A stretch of 63,114 bases of DNA from an uncultured Bacilli bacterium (GTDB lineage Bacteria; Bacillota_I; Bacilli_A; RF39; UBA660). Below the pieces are notes generated by a model. The model saw nothing but the letters and a program-made list of their open reading frames with translations, was not told where the DNA came from and did no database searches. The stretch covers positions 1-63,114 of the forward strand of contig CANPVV010000005.1 in NCBI GenBank assembly GCA_947581835.1, in the 5' to 3' direction. The position numbers and the translations under genes are program-made. This document shows, one piece after another, positions 9,785 through 19,679 of the stretch (position 1 is the stretch's first letter; each line of letters starts with the position of its first letter).

Positions 9785-11368
9785 TTAACTACAATATTTA
9801 TTAATTATTGCCTCCGCCACTTTTATTCCATCTATAGCACTCGTCATAATTCCTCCTGCATACCCAGCTCCTTCTCCACTTGGATAAACACCTTCAATAT
9901 TTGCCTCTAACATTTCATTTCGAACAATCCTAATTGGTGATGAACTTCTTGCCTCAACTCCAGCCATAACCATGTCATCTTTATCAAACCCTTTAAGTTT
10001 TAAACCAAAATTTGGAATAGCCTCCAATATTGCTTCGTTTATCTCTTCTGGAAAAATTTCTCTTAAATTACCAAACTCATATTCTCCTTTAATCATTGGC
10101 AAAATATCTCCTAATAAAGAAGATTTTTTATTTGCTTGATAATCTTTCCATAACTGAATAGGAATTTTTCCTCTACCTAACTGAAAAGCTTTCTCTTCCA
10201 ACTTTCTTTGAAATTCTAAACCCCCAAATAAATCATCAACAAAATCTTTATTATTAACTGTTACAATAACTGCACTATTAGAAACTCCACTATCTCTTTT
10301 ATAATTACTCATTCCATTTGCAACTAATCTTTCTTGTTCACTTGAGGCATTAACTACATATCCACCCGGACACATGCAAAATGTATAAACCCCTCTATTT
10401 TTCTTAGTTGTATATGTAAGCTTATAACTAGCATTTGGAAGTTTATCATAAAACTTTCCATATTGAGCCATATTAATATCCTCTTGTCTATGCATAACTC
10501 TTAAACCAACTGCAAAAGCTTTCGCTTCCATCTCTAAATTATTATTTCTAAGCATCAAAAAAGTATCTCTTGCACTATGTCCAATTGCTAAAACTAAACA
10601 CTCACAATCCCATTTTTTTTGCTCATTAACTATAATTCCTTCTAATCTATTATTTTTAATTATCAAATCTGTTAATTTTGTTTGATACCTAAACTCTCCC
10701 CCTTTACTTATAATATATTCCCGCATATTTTTAACCACGTCTCTTAAAATATCTGTTCCAATATGAGGATTATGTTCATACAATATTTCTTTTGGTGCTC
10801 CAAATTTTACAAAAGTCTCCAAAACAAACTCACCCAAATGTCTTTTATCTTTTATCAAAGTATTAAGTTTACCATCAGAAAAAGTCCCTGCTCCTCCTTC
10901 TCCAAATTGCACATTACACTCTGTATCTAAAACTCCAGTATTCCAAAATTTTTCGACAATTTCTGTTCGTTCCTCTACTTTTCTTCCTCTTTCAATAATT
11001 AAAGGTTTATATCCCATCTCAGCTAAAATATAAGCACAAAATAAACCAGCTGGCCCACTACCTACAATTACTATTCTTGATTGAAGCTTTTTCTCGCCTT
11101 TTTCTGGCCATTTATATCTCTCTATAGGACTTTCTAAAATATCTTTATTTCTATTATTTTGCAAAATCGCATCTTCATTACTAACTAAAGCATCTACTTC
11201 ATACACATAATAAATATTATTTTTATCTCTTGCATCAATGGCTTTCTTATTTATCTTTAAATCTAAAATATCTTCCCTCTTTATTTTTAATATTTTACTT
11301 ACTTTACTAATTAATAATTCTTCTTTATCTTCTAAAATATTAATTTTTACCTGTCTTACTCTAATCAT
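9785..11368 (-). CDS. Uncharacterised FAD-dependent oxidoreductase
   Basis: GSGPAG, QFGEGGAGTFSDGKL, FCMCPGG, GEGAGYAGGI. Confidence 0.88.
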   Translation of the reverse strand: MIRVRQVKINILEDKEELLISKVSKILKIKREDILDLKINKKAIDARDKNNIYYVYEVDALVSNEDAILQNNRNKDILESPIERYKWPEKGEKKLQSRIVIVGSGPAGLFCAYILAEMGYKPLIIERGRKVEERTEIVEKFWNTGVLDTECNVQFGEGGAGTFSDGKLNTLIKDKRHLGEFVLETFVKFGAPKEILYEHNPHIGTDILRDVVKNMREYIISKGGEFRYQTKLTDLIIKNNRLEGIIVNEQKKWDCECLVLAIGHSARDTFLMLRNNNLEMEAKAFAVGLRVMHRQEDINMAQYGKFYDKLPNASYKLTYTTKKNRGVYTFCMCPGGYVVNASSEQERLVANGMSNYKRDSGVSNSAVIVTVNNKDFVDDLFGGLEFQRKLEEKAFQLGRGKIPIQLWKDYQANKKSSLLGDILPMIKGEYEFGNLREIFPEEINEAILEAIPNFGLKLKGFDKDDMVMAGVEARSSSPIRIVRNEMLEANIEGVYPSGEGAGYAGGIMTSAIDGIKVAEAIINKYCS

Positions 11369-12557
11369 TAATATGTTCTCCCACTATCATACCACTAATC
11401 CATGCAAACCCTAAATTATAACCTCCACAATCGCCATCTACGTCTAATACCTCTCCACACAAATACAAGCCTTTAACTTTCAAACTCTCTAAAGTTTTTG
11501 GATTAACCTCTGTAAGTCTAACTCCACCTGAACACACTTGCGCATTACTAAAATCTTTAGTATTCTTAACTCTAAATTTAAAACTCCAAAGCATATCAAC
11601 TAACCCTTTTTTATCAATGTCTTGATATTTAGCATCTTCTTTAATTTTTAGCAATTTTAAAATAACTTTAATTAATTTATAATTTAAAAAGCCTTCCAAC
11701 ATTTCTTCTATTCCATAATTTTTAAATTCCAAAGCTCTATTATCTAACCATTTTTCAAACTCACTCTTACTACCTTTAAACCATGAAACTAAATTAATTT
11801 CTACCACCAATTCTTTTTCTAAAGCTAAAGATCTTGCTACTATTCCACTTAAATTAAAAACACAAATTCCACTTATTCCATAATCTGTAAACTGTACCTC
11901 TCCTGCCTCTTCTTTTATAACCTCTGCACCTTGAATTAATTTTAACTTAGCCTCACTTCTAACTCCTGCCCAATCCTTATAATAATTATCTTTCCCCACT
12001 AACTGCACTAAAGAAGGACTTACCTGAATTAATGTATGACCTAAATCTTCCACTAAACTATAAGAACCACCTTCTCTTATTCCAGCTTTACTTCCCACAG
12101 CCATAACAACCTTATCGCAAATATAAGTATTACTATCAGTAACTATCTGAAATATCGTACTCTTACTAATTTTCTTAACAGTCTCTCCCAAAACTACATT
12201 AATTCCCAATTTCTGAATTTTAACCTCTAAGACCCTTAAAATACTACTAGCTTGCATAGAATAAGGATAATAATATCCATTAATCTCTTTATAAACTATT
12301 CCCAATTTATCAAAAAAATCCAAAACCTCCTTATTTTTAGCCTCATATATTTCTTTAAAAATATCCATATCATTAGAATGATATTTATTTATATCTTGAT
12401 TTTTATTCCAAAAATTACAATGTCCATTACCTGTAACGAGTAATTTCTTTCCTAACTTATTATTTTTTTCAATAATCGTAACATTAGCTCCAGCCTCTCT
12501 CATCTTTATTGCTGCAACTAAACCTGAAGCTCCTCCCCCAATAACTATAACGTCCAT
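11361..12557 (-). CDS. HI0933/YhiN-family flavoprotein
   Basis: GGGASG, GKKLLVTGNGHCN, GEVLDVDGDCGGYNL. Confidence 0.9.
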   Translation of the reverse strand: MDVIVIGGGASGLVAAIKMREAGANVTIIEKNNKLGKKLLVTGNGHCNFWNKNQDINKYHSNDMDIFKEIYEAKNKEVLDFFDKLGIVYKEINGYYYPYSMQASSILRVLEVKIQKLGINVVLGETVKKISKSTIFQIVTDSNTYICDKVVMAVGSKAGIREGGSYSLVEDLGHTLIQVSPSLVQLVGKDNYYKDWAGVRSEAKLKLIQGAEVIKEEAGEVQFTDYGISGICVFNLSGIVARSLALEKELVVEINLVSWFKGSKSEFEKWLDNRALEFKNYGIEEMLEGFLNYKLIKVILKLLKIKEDAKYQDIDKKGLVDMLWSFKFRVKNTKDFSNAQVCSGGVRLTEVNPKTLESLKVKGLYLCGEVLDVDGDCGGYNLGFAWISGMIVGEHIND

Positions 12558-12700
12558 CTAAAACACCGTCCTTTCTTCTAATCCTAAATCTTCAACTAAC
12601 CTCATTGTAACATACGAACAAATATATGTCAAGAATAACTTTAAAACCAAAATAAAAGATTGTTAAAACCCAAAAATAAAAAGATAACTAAAAGCTATCT

Positions 12701-13450
12701 TTATGGTCTAAGTCCTGTTCCTCCCTGCAAAGTAATAGTCTCTCCCGTAATATATGATGCCCCTTCACTTGCTAAAAATAAACAAGTAGCTCCAATATCT
12801 TTTTTCGCATCTCCAAATCTTCCCATTGGAATACTACCAATTGTTTTATTATAAATATCCGGATTTTCTTCCTTCCATTTAGCTAACTCTTGAGACATAA
12901 CCAAAGGACAAACAACATTTACATTAATATTATCTGGTCCCCATTCAGTTGCAGCTACTCTACTTAAACCTCTAATTCCTTCTTTACTTGCCGCATAACT
13001 AGATTGAGCAATTCTCCCAAATAATCCAGCCCCACTAGCAAAATTAATAACTGACCCCTGTGTTTCTTTTAAATAAGGAAAGCACTCTCTCATATAATAA
13101 AATGTTGCATATAATCCACTCTCTATAGCTAAATAAAAATCTTCATCGGTATGTTCTACTAGCATTTTCCCAGACTTAGAAGCTTGAGCATTATTTATTA
13201 AAACGTCAATTCTCCCAAATTTTTTAATTGTCTCACTAACAACCATTTTAACATTACTAACTTTAGTTCCATCAGCCACAATACTTAAAACTTCCCCATT
13301 ATATAAACTCTCTAATTTTTCTTTAGCTTTATCTAAACTTTCTTGGTGCCTTCCTGTAATAACAACTCTATAACCTGCCTCTAAAAAAGCTTCTGCTACT
13401 CCAAAACCTATTCCTTTACCTCCACCTGTAATAATTACTACTTTTTGCAT
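12701..13450 (-). CDS. SDR oxidoreductase, 12alpha-hydroxysteroid dehydrogenase-like
   Basis: TGGGKGIG, NNAQAS, SGLYATFYYMREC, YAASKEGIRGLSRVAATEWG. Resembles clostridial 12alpha-HSDH as recalled. Confidence 0.75.
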   Translation of the reverse strand: MQKVVIITGGGKGIGFGVAEAFLEAGYRVVITGRHQESLDKAKEKLESLYNGEVLSIVADGTKVSNVKMVVSETIKKFGRIDVLINNAQASKSGKMLVEHTDEDFYLAIESGLYATFYYMRECFPYLKETQGSVINFASGAGLFGRIAQSSYAASKEGIRGLSRVAATEWGPDNINVNVVCPLVMSQELAKWKEENPDIYNKTIGSIPMGRFGDAKKDIGATCLFLASEGASYITGETITLQGGTGLRP

Positions 13451-13534
13451 TTATCATTCTCCTAACTATCTCTATTATAATAAAACTTAACTAAATATTC
13501 AATTAAAATTATTATTTAATTTTAAATAAAAAGA

Positions 13535-13560
13535 AAGACGAGAGGTTAAAGACTCGTCTT
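13535..13560 (-). terminator. Terminator, copy 1 of 3 identical
   Basis: AAGACGAG-N10-CTCGTCTT stem, U-rich tail on the minus strand. Confidence 0.85.
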
Positions 13561-13585
13561 AAAAAGTTATTAGGTTTTTTTTAAA

Positions 13586-14992
13586 TTATTTTAGAACTTT
13601 TTTAGTTGCAGTTCCAACAACGCCTAAACTAGAGATAGCCATTGTAACTAAGCTTCCAATTGCATCAAAAGTTTTAGGATTTTCACTTGGTTGATTATCA
13701 CCAGTATTAGGTTTTTGCTCATCACTTGGTTGTTGATTATCACCAGTTGATGGATCTTCAGTAGTAGCTCCATTTTTAACAACTACAGTATCATTATCTT
13801 TATTAATAGTATAACTTGAAGTAGTTGCAATTAATTCCTTAATCGTTTCTTCATCATCATCTGGAGTTCCAGCTTGACCAGTAGTTGTACCTCCTAAAGC
13901 AACTAAACCATAGTTAAATATACCAGCATAAATAGATCCTTTAAGATCATCTTTGTCAGTATTAATATAAACAGCAGGTTGATCATTTCTACCAGCACTA
14001 CCACTAGTAAATTCTCCACCTTTAATAACTACACCTTTACCACCTAAAACTAAAGCATAACCATTACCACTAGTAACATTTTTACCCTCATGAGTAAATT
14101 TACCACCTTCAATAGTCATATTAGTTTCAGCATTAACTAAAACTGTATTTACAGTGTTATCTTTACTAACAAATTCACCATCTTTAATAGTAATATTTGC
14201 ATATCCATCAACTTTTACAGCTGCCTTACTTGTAGAAATATATTTACCTCCATTAATTGAAACAGTAGATACATTTCTCTTTGAAGTATTAGAAGCAACT
14301 AAAACAGATTGATCAGTTGTTTCAAATTCAGCATCTAAAGCAACATTAGAATTTAATGGATCAACACTAACTCCAACTTTAGCTTTTACTGAAGCACCAC
14401 TATTAATAGTAACTGTTGCAACACCACTTCCTGTAACACTTGTAGTACTTACAAAAGTCGCACTTGAAACATCATACTCTACTTCATAACTAGAAGTAAA
14501 TTGGCCTCCTCTTTCAACTTCTACCATAGATCCAGAACTAATTGAAGTTCCTGTTACTTTACTATCATCAGCACCAACAATACTTAAAGCACCTTTGTTT
14601 AGTACTTTAAATCCAGTAGATGGTAATGTTAATTCATAACCATTTAATTCAATAGTAGTTGGAACATCAATTCCAGTACCACTTGGATTAACATCTGTAG
14701 TTATAGCAGTTGTTAAAGAATTATCTTCTAATAACTTGATTTTGATACTATAAATATCAACGCCATCAGTTAAAAGTTGATTAATTTCAGTTTGAACAGC
14801 ATCAATGTCTTCAAAATATGCACTTTCATTACGTTTTTCTTCATTATCAATTACAGCATGAACAGTACATTCTTGATTTTTTCCAGAACCACAGTTTGTT
14901 GGATTATCAGTTGCAGCATCAACATTTCCCATTGTTACAAACGCAACAACAGAAATAATAACTAAACCCAATAATTTTTTTAGATTTTTCAC
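13586..14992 (-). CDS. Cell-surface beta-helix-like protein, cassette 1
   Basis: GTG start, signal peptide, I.GG.F/YT repeats, C-terminal NPKTF + hydrophobic segment + KKVLK. Confidence 0.85.
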   Translation of the reverse strand: MKNLKKLLGLVIISVVAFVTMGNVDAATDNPTNCGSGKNQECTVHAVIDNEEKRNESAYFEDIDAVQTEINQLLTDGVDIYSIKIKLLEDNSLTTAITTDVNPSGTGIDVPTTIELNGYELTLPSTGFKVLNKGALSIVGADDSKVTGTSISSGSMVEVERGGQFTSSYEVEYDVSSATFVSTTSVTGSGVATVTINSGASVKAKVGVSVDPLNSNVALDAEFETTDQSVLVASNTSKRNVSTVSINGGKYISTSKAAVKVDGYANITIKDGEFVSKDNTVNTVLVNAETNMTIEGGKFTHEGKNVTSGNGYALVLGGKGVVIKGGEFTSGSAGRNDQPAVYINTDKDDLKGSIYAGIFNYGLVALGGTTTGQAGTPDDDEETIKELIATTSSYTINKDNDTVVVKNGATTEDPSTGDNQQPSDEQKPNTGDNQPSENPKTFDAIGSLVTMAISSLGVVGTATKKVLK

Positions 14993-15017
14993 AATCTATT
15001 TCTCCTTTCCGACATAT

Positions 15018-15049
15018 AGTATAACACATACCCCCCCCCCGTCTGTCAA
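15018..15049 (-). promoter_or_regulatory. sigmaA promoter with G10 tract in the spacer
   Basis: TTGACA-GAC-G10-TATGTGT-TATACT, spacer 20 bp. Confidence 0.85.
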
Positions 15050-15182
15050 TAGGTTTTTTTACTAATTTTACAAAATTCAAATTTTATAAAAAATAATAAT
15101 ATTATTACTGTTAAACTAAGCCTAATAAAAAAACTACTAAAATAAACTACTATTAAAATATACACTTTTTAACACAAAAAGA

Positions 15183-15208
15183 AAGACGAGAGGTTAAAGA
15201 CTCGTCTT
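15183..15208 (-). terminator. Terminator, copy 2
   Basis: Identical to 13535-13560. Confidence 0.85.
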
Positions 15209-15233
15209 AAAAAGTTATTAGGTTTTTTTAAAA

Positions 15234-16850
15234 TTATTTTAGAACTTTTTTAATTGTAGTTCCAACAACACCTAAACTAGAGATTGCCATTGTAACTAAA
15301 CTTCCAATTGCATCAAAAGTTTTAGGGTTTTCACTTGGTTGATTATCACCAGTACCAGGTTTATTATCATCACCAACACTAGGATCTTGAGTAGCAGATA
15401 CAATAGATAATGTAATAGTTACGTCACTATTAGGCATTACAAACTTACCATCAGTTAAAGCAACTTCTTTATTGTTAGCATCTAAAATTGTATATTTAAC
15501 TACATATCCTTCATTAGCAACTACTTTAACAATATCTTCAATACTAATAGGTTGTCCAGCAACAACATTTTTTGGAGTAGATAATGATTCAACTTTACCA
15601 TTTAAAATAGTTTGATCTTCATTAACACCATTTAAAGTTACAGTATGTTCTTTACCAACATAAGTTACTCCATCAACAGTAATACTATCTAAATCTTTAG
15701 CTAAAGCTTTACCACTTGCTAAAGCAGAAGTTTTACCTTCAAATGTTCCTCCATAAACAATGCCATTAAGATTAGAAACTATACTAGAAGTTCTGAAAAG
15801 TGCTTCTTGATCTTCTGGACTAACAAAAGTACCATCATTTACTTTTACAGAAGTATATTGAGAATTTTGTCCATCAAAATATAAAGCATTTCTCTTTTCG
15901 CTAGTAAATTTACCTCCATCAATTTCTAATTTAATTTTTCCAGCATAACTAGCATTTCCAACTACTGCAACAGCAGCTCCAGTCCAACCAGCATTACTTT
16001 GTACACTACCATCTAAACCAGTATCAGCTTGTCCATCACCATTAGCAGTAAATTCTCCACCTTTAATAGTAACAGTACCACCTTTAACTACTAAAGCCTC
16101 AGTACCAGTAACTTTAGCATCAGTAATTGTCCAGTTTCCAAGACCAGATGCATATAAAGCAGTATTATGCTCAGAAGTATAAGAACCTCCATTAACATTA
16201 ATAACAGTTGGTCTTGATGCATTTTTAATTACACCTTGAACTTGAATTACATAACTTGTAGTATTCCAAGTACCATTTAAATCAATAGTTACATTATTAG
16301 CAGTATTACCTTTTATACTAGAACTATCACTATCTTCAGGATAAACAATTAAACCAGCGTATCCTTCAACTTTAGCTTTAGAACCAATACTAACAGTAGT
16401 TTTATTAGTTGTAGTATTATCGCCATAAACAGCAATTACAGCTTGAGTTGGTTTACTTAAACTTGTTGTTTCAGAAATAATACTAACATTATCTGCTGTT
16501 AAACTTCCTCCTTCTTTTACAATTAATGTATTAACACTATCTTCATCTACGTCCTTAATAGTTCCACCATTACCATTAATTTTTAGGGAACCAGTAATAG
16601 TTATATGTTCTTTTAATGTTAATACAACACCTTCTTTAAGATTTAAAGTAACATTTCCTGTTACAGCAACATCACCATCAATTTCTTGACTTTCAGTTAA
16701 AGTACATACAGCAGTTGTATCTTTAGCACTTTTTAAACAACTAGCTACATCTTTGCCTACAACTGTAGTTGTTGCAGAAACATTACCAGCAAATCCAAAA
16801 GCAATTCCAGATATTGTCATTAAACCCAATATTCTCTTTAGATTTTTCAC
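15234..16850 (-). CDS. Cell-surface beta-helix-like protein, cassette 2 (extra domain before the linker)
   Basis: Same N- and C-terminal blocks as its neighbours, plus an ANEGY...FVMPNSDVTIT module. Confidence 0.85.
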   Translation of the reverse strand: MKNLKRILGLMTISGIAFGFAGNVSATTTVVGKDVASCLKSAKDTTAVCTLTESQEIDGDVAVTGNVTLNLKEGVVLTLKEHITITGSLKINGNGGTIKDVDEDSVNTLIVKEGGSLTADNVSIISETTSLSKPTQAVIAVYGDNTTTNKTTVSIGSKAKVEGYAGLIVYPEDSDSSSIKGNTANNVTIDLNGTWNTTSYVIQVQGVIKNASRPTVINVNGGSYTSEHNTALYASGLGNWTITDAKVTGTEALVVKGGTVTIKGGEFTANGDGQADTGLDGSVQSNAGWTGAAVAVVGNASYAGKIKLEIDGGKFTSEKRNALYFDGQNSQYTSVKVNDGTFVSPEDQEALFRTSSIVSNLNGIVYGGTFEGKTSALASGKALAKDLDSITVDGVTYVGKEHTVTLNGVNEDQTILNGKVESLSTPKNVVAGQPISIEDIVKVVANEGYVVKYTILDANNKEVALTDGKFVMPNSDVTITLSIVSATQDPSVGDDNKPGTGDNQPSENPKTFDAIGSLVTMAISSLGVVGTTIKKVLK

Positions 16851-16875
16851 AATCCATTTCTCCTTTCCGACATAT

Positions 16876-16908
16876 AGTATAACACATACCCCCCCCCCCG
16901 TCTGTCAA
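16876..16908 (-). promoter_or_regulatory. sigmaA promoter with G11 tract in the spacer
   Basis: TTGACA-GAC-G11-TATGTGT-TATACT, spacer 21 bp. Confidence 0.85.
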
Positions 16909-17096
16909 TAGCTTTTTACTAATTTTACAAAATTCAAAAATTTATAAAACTCAATATCTACTAAACTATATAATTAAGGAAACTTAAATCAATATCCAAA
17001 TAAAAATAAATAAACATTTATAATACATAAAGTTTACATTTTATTTAAAAAATAAAACAATAAAACTTTTAATTAATTATTATTCCAAAAAAAAGA

Positions 17097-17122
17097 AAGA
17101 CGAGAGGTTAAAGACTCGTCTT
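17097..17122 (-). terminator. Terminator, copy 3
   Basis: Identical to 13535-13560. Confidence 0.85.
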
Positions 17123-17147
17123 AAAAAGTTATTAGGTTTTTTTTAAA

Positions 17148-18491
17148 TTATTTTAGAACTTTTTTAATTGTAGTTCCAACAACACCTAAACTAGAGATTG
17201 CCATTGTAACTAAATTTCCAATCGCATCAAAAGTTTTAGGATTTTCACTTGGTTGATTATCACCAGTATTAGGTTTATTATCATCACCAACATTAGGATC
17301 ATTTGGTTCAGTTGTTCCTGGATCTTCGGTTCCTGGATCTTCAGTTTTTTCAGTTCCAACAGTTACAACACCATTTTCATTAGTAATTTTTGAATTGCCA
17401 ACTAATACTTTAGTTGCTTCTTCAACATCATATGTTACAGTCCCAACTTTTGTATCTTCAACAATTCCATTAGTAAACGAACCACCTGTAATAATTTCAG
17501 ATTGTTCATCTAGGAATTTAATATCACTAATAGAAATAGCAGCCTTATCTCCAGAACTTGTAAAGTTTCCACCAGAAATTGCAAATTTTCCAATATAGGC
17601 ATCTGCAATAGACATACTATAACTCTTGCTTGAGCTAATTGTTCCATCAGAAATATTTAAAACAATATTTTCACCATGAGCATTACGACTTCCATCAACT
17701 TTAATAGTAGCTACACTACTCTTAGTAGCACTTATTGTACCGCCAGTAATATTTAATGTTCCACTTTTTAATTCAAAAGCAGGAGCACTTGCACTCGTAG
17801 TAGTATATGAACCTCCTAGAACATTAACAACACTTTTACCAGCATCAATTCCTACTAATTGACCAGTTCCGCTTACTTTAGCATTAAGATTTATAGTTTC
17901 CTTTCCAGATACAGCACAATCAACTAATTCAACTCCAAGATTAGTCCATTCTCCACCAATATTAACTTCAACATTATTATTAGTAGAATTAGTAATACCA
18001 ATCACAGCTTGAGTTCTAACATTAGTACCATCAACTTTAACACTATCATCAATAGTTAAAGTTGCATCATTTGAAGTTGCATTAAGAGTTAAAGTACTTG
18101 TTGCAGTAGATGTTGCAAAATTAATATAACCATTTTTAATAGTTAAATTAGTACCATTTGCAGCAGCTATACTACCAATAGTACCACCAGTACCTCCAAG
18201 AGTTAAAATTTTGCCATTCAAATCAAGAACTATATCCTTATCTGTAATTGTCAAAGCATTAGTTAGTGTTACACTCTTTGAAAGAGTAATAGTACCGCTC
18301 TCGTCAATGGCATTAGCAGCAGCTACAAGTGTAGAATAACAACCATATCCTGTATCAAACTTAACGTAAGCTACATCAGAAGCACTACATGAATCAGGAC
18401 TAGATACAGTAGTAGCATGAACATTCATAGTTCCAACAAATCCTAAAGTTGAAACAACCAATAAACCTAACATATTTTTTAGATTTTTCAC
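17148..18491 (-). CDS. Cell-surface beta-helix-like protein, cassette 3
   Basis: Signal peptide, LDLNGKILT and I.GG.FT repeats, TEDPG tandem linker, NPKTF tail. Confidence 0.85.
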   Translation of the reverse strand: MKNLKNMLGLLVVSTLGFVGTMNVHATTVSSPDSCSASDVAYVKFDTGYGCYSTLVAAANAIDESGTITLSKSVTLTNALTITDKDIVLDLNGKILTLGGTGGTIGSIAAANGTNLTIKNGYINFATSTATSTLTLNATSNDATLTIDDSVKVDGTNVRTQAVIGITNSTNNNVEVNIGGEWTNLGVELVDCAVSGKETINLNAKVSGTGQLVGIDAGKSVVNVLGGSYTTTSASAPAFELKSGTLNITGGTISATKSSVATIKVDGSRNAHGENIVLNISDGTISSSKSYSMSIADAYIGKFAISGGNFTSSGDKAAISISDIKFLDEQSEIITGGSFTNGIVEDTKVGTVTYDVEEATKVLVGNSKITNENGVVTVGTEKTEDPGTEDPGTTEPNDPNVGDDNKPNTGDNQPSENPKTFDAIGNLVTMAISSLGVVGTTIKKVLK

Positions 18492-18516
18492 AATCCATTT
18501 CTCCTTTCCGACATAT

Positions 18517-18547
18517 AGTATAACACATACCCCCCCCCGTCTGTCAA
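18517..18547 (-). promoter_or_regulatory. sigmaA promoter with G9 tract in the spacer
   Basis: TTGACA-GAC-G9-TATGTGT-TATACT, spacer 19 bp. Confidence 0.85.
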
Positions 18548-18709
18548 TAGGTTTTTCACTAATTTTACAAAATTCAAATTTTAACTATCATCCAATATTT
18601 AATTCCAAAAAAAACACATAAAAAAAAGCCCTATATTAAATCTATAGTGCTTTCTTCATCTATCTAAGACTTAAAAGAAGTTAAACTTTACATATTTTTA
18701 ACATACTTT

Positions 18710-19246
18710 TTAAACAGTTTTACTAACTTGATAAACTTCTACTTCTACTGGTGTTTCTTGACCAAACAAATCAATTAATACATTAAGACGATTATTTTCT
18801 AAATCAATACTATCAACAGTTCCCATCATACCTTTAAATGGTCCATCAACAATACTAACTTTATCTCCAACTGCCATTTCTGACTCAATATTAACTCGAC
18901 TCATTCCCATATTCGCTAGTATCTTATCAATTTCTTGTGGAAGTAAAGGCGTAGGCTTAGCTCCTTTTCCAGAAGAACCAATAAAACCTGTAACTCCCGG
19001 TGTATTTCTAACTATATACCAAGCCTCATCACTCATAACCATTTCAACTAAAACATAACCTGGAAACATTTTCTTAACTTTTTCTTTTTTTACTCCATCT
19101 TTAGTTTCAATTTCTACAGTCTCTGGAATAATTATTCTATGAATATAATCTTGCATTCCCATAGATTCTGCTTTAGCTTCCAATTTTTCTTTAACTTTAG
19201 CTTCATGTCCTGAATAAGTATTAACTACATACCATTCTTTTTCCAT
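18710..19246 (-). CDS. nusG: Transcription termination/antitermination factor NusG
   Basis: WYVVNTYSGHE, FPGYVLVEM, VRNTPGVTGF, KOW GPFKG, LFGQETPVEV. Confidence 0.98.
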   Translation of the reverse strand: MEKEWYVVNTYSGHEAKVKEKLEAKAESMGMQDYIHRIIIPETVEIETKDGVKKEKVKKMFPGYVLVEMVMSDEAWYIVRNTPGVTGFIGSSGKGAKPTPLLPQEIDKILANMGMSRVNIESEMAVGDKVSIVDGPFKGMMGTVDSIDLENNRLNVLIDLFGQETPVEVEVYQVSKTV

Positions 19247-19250
19247 ACCT

Positions 19251-19532
19251 CTAAATTCCCCCTTTTATTACAGACATAAGTAAATCTAATAAAATAAAGA
19301 ATACTACTAAAATAACAACAAACACAATAGTTGCTACTGTATATTTTAAAACCTCACTTTTAGTAGGCCATTTTACTTTAGATAATTCATTTTTAACTCC
19401 TGTAAAATAACTTTCTTTCTTTACTTTTTGTTTTTTCTCTTTTTTGTTATTTTTCTTAGTTTCATTTTTGTTAACTTTCTTTTTTTCTTTAGTATCCTTT
19501 TTAATCTCTTTTTTAACTTCTTTTTCTGCCAT
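19251..19532 (-). CDS. secE: Preprotein translocase subunit SecE
   Basis: ELSKVKWPT followed by a TM, directly upstream of nusG. Confidence 0.95.
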   Translation of the reverse strand: MAEKEVKKEIKKDTKEKKKVNKNETKKNNKKEKKQKVKKESYFTGVKNELSKVKWPTKSEVLKYTVATIVFVVILVVFFILLDLLMSVIKGGI

Positions 19533-19679
19533 TTTAATTCTCCTTATTTCTTCTAAATAAAAAACACTTTCGTGTCATCTATAATTTACCATAAAACCTT
19601 TAAAAAAGCAAGCCTAATTTCTTTATGTTTAAATTTTTTCATCTAATTTCTAAAAAAAATATCTAAATACTTCAAATTA

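Noticed and set aside
9785-13450. A bile-acid (bai-like) operon from the BaiN-related flavoprotein plus the HSDH-like SDR
   Set aside because: The HI0933 plus FAD-oxidoreductase pair is widespread and separated from the SDR by its own intergenic region. No other bai genes are present.
15008-15014. TGTCGGA near-Spo0A box in the three cassette leaders
   Set aside because: A single imperfect heptamer whose conservation is explained by the cassette duplication.
13528-18585. Repeated flanks as IS ends, integron attC sites or a CRISPR array
   Set aside because: The repeats are promoter, coding C-terminus and terminator sequence. There is no transposase, integrase or short repeat-spacer periodicity.
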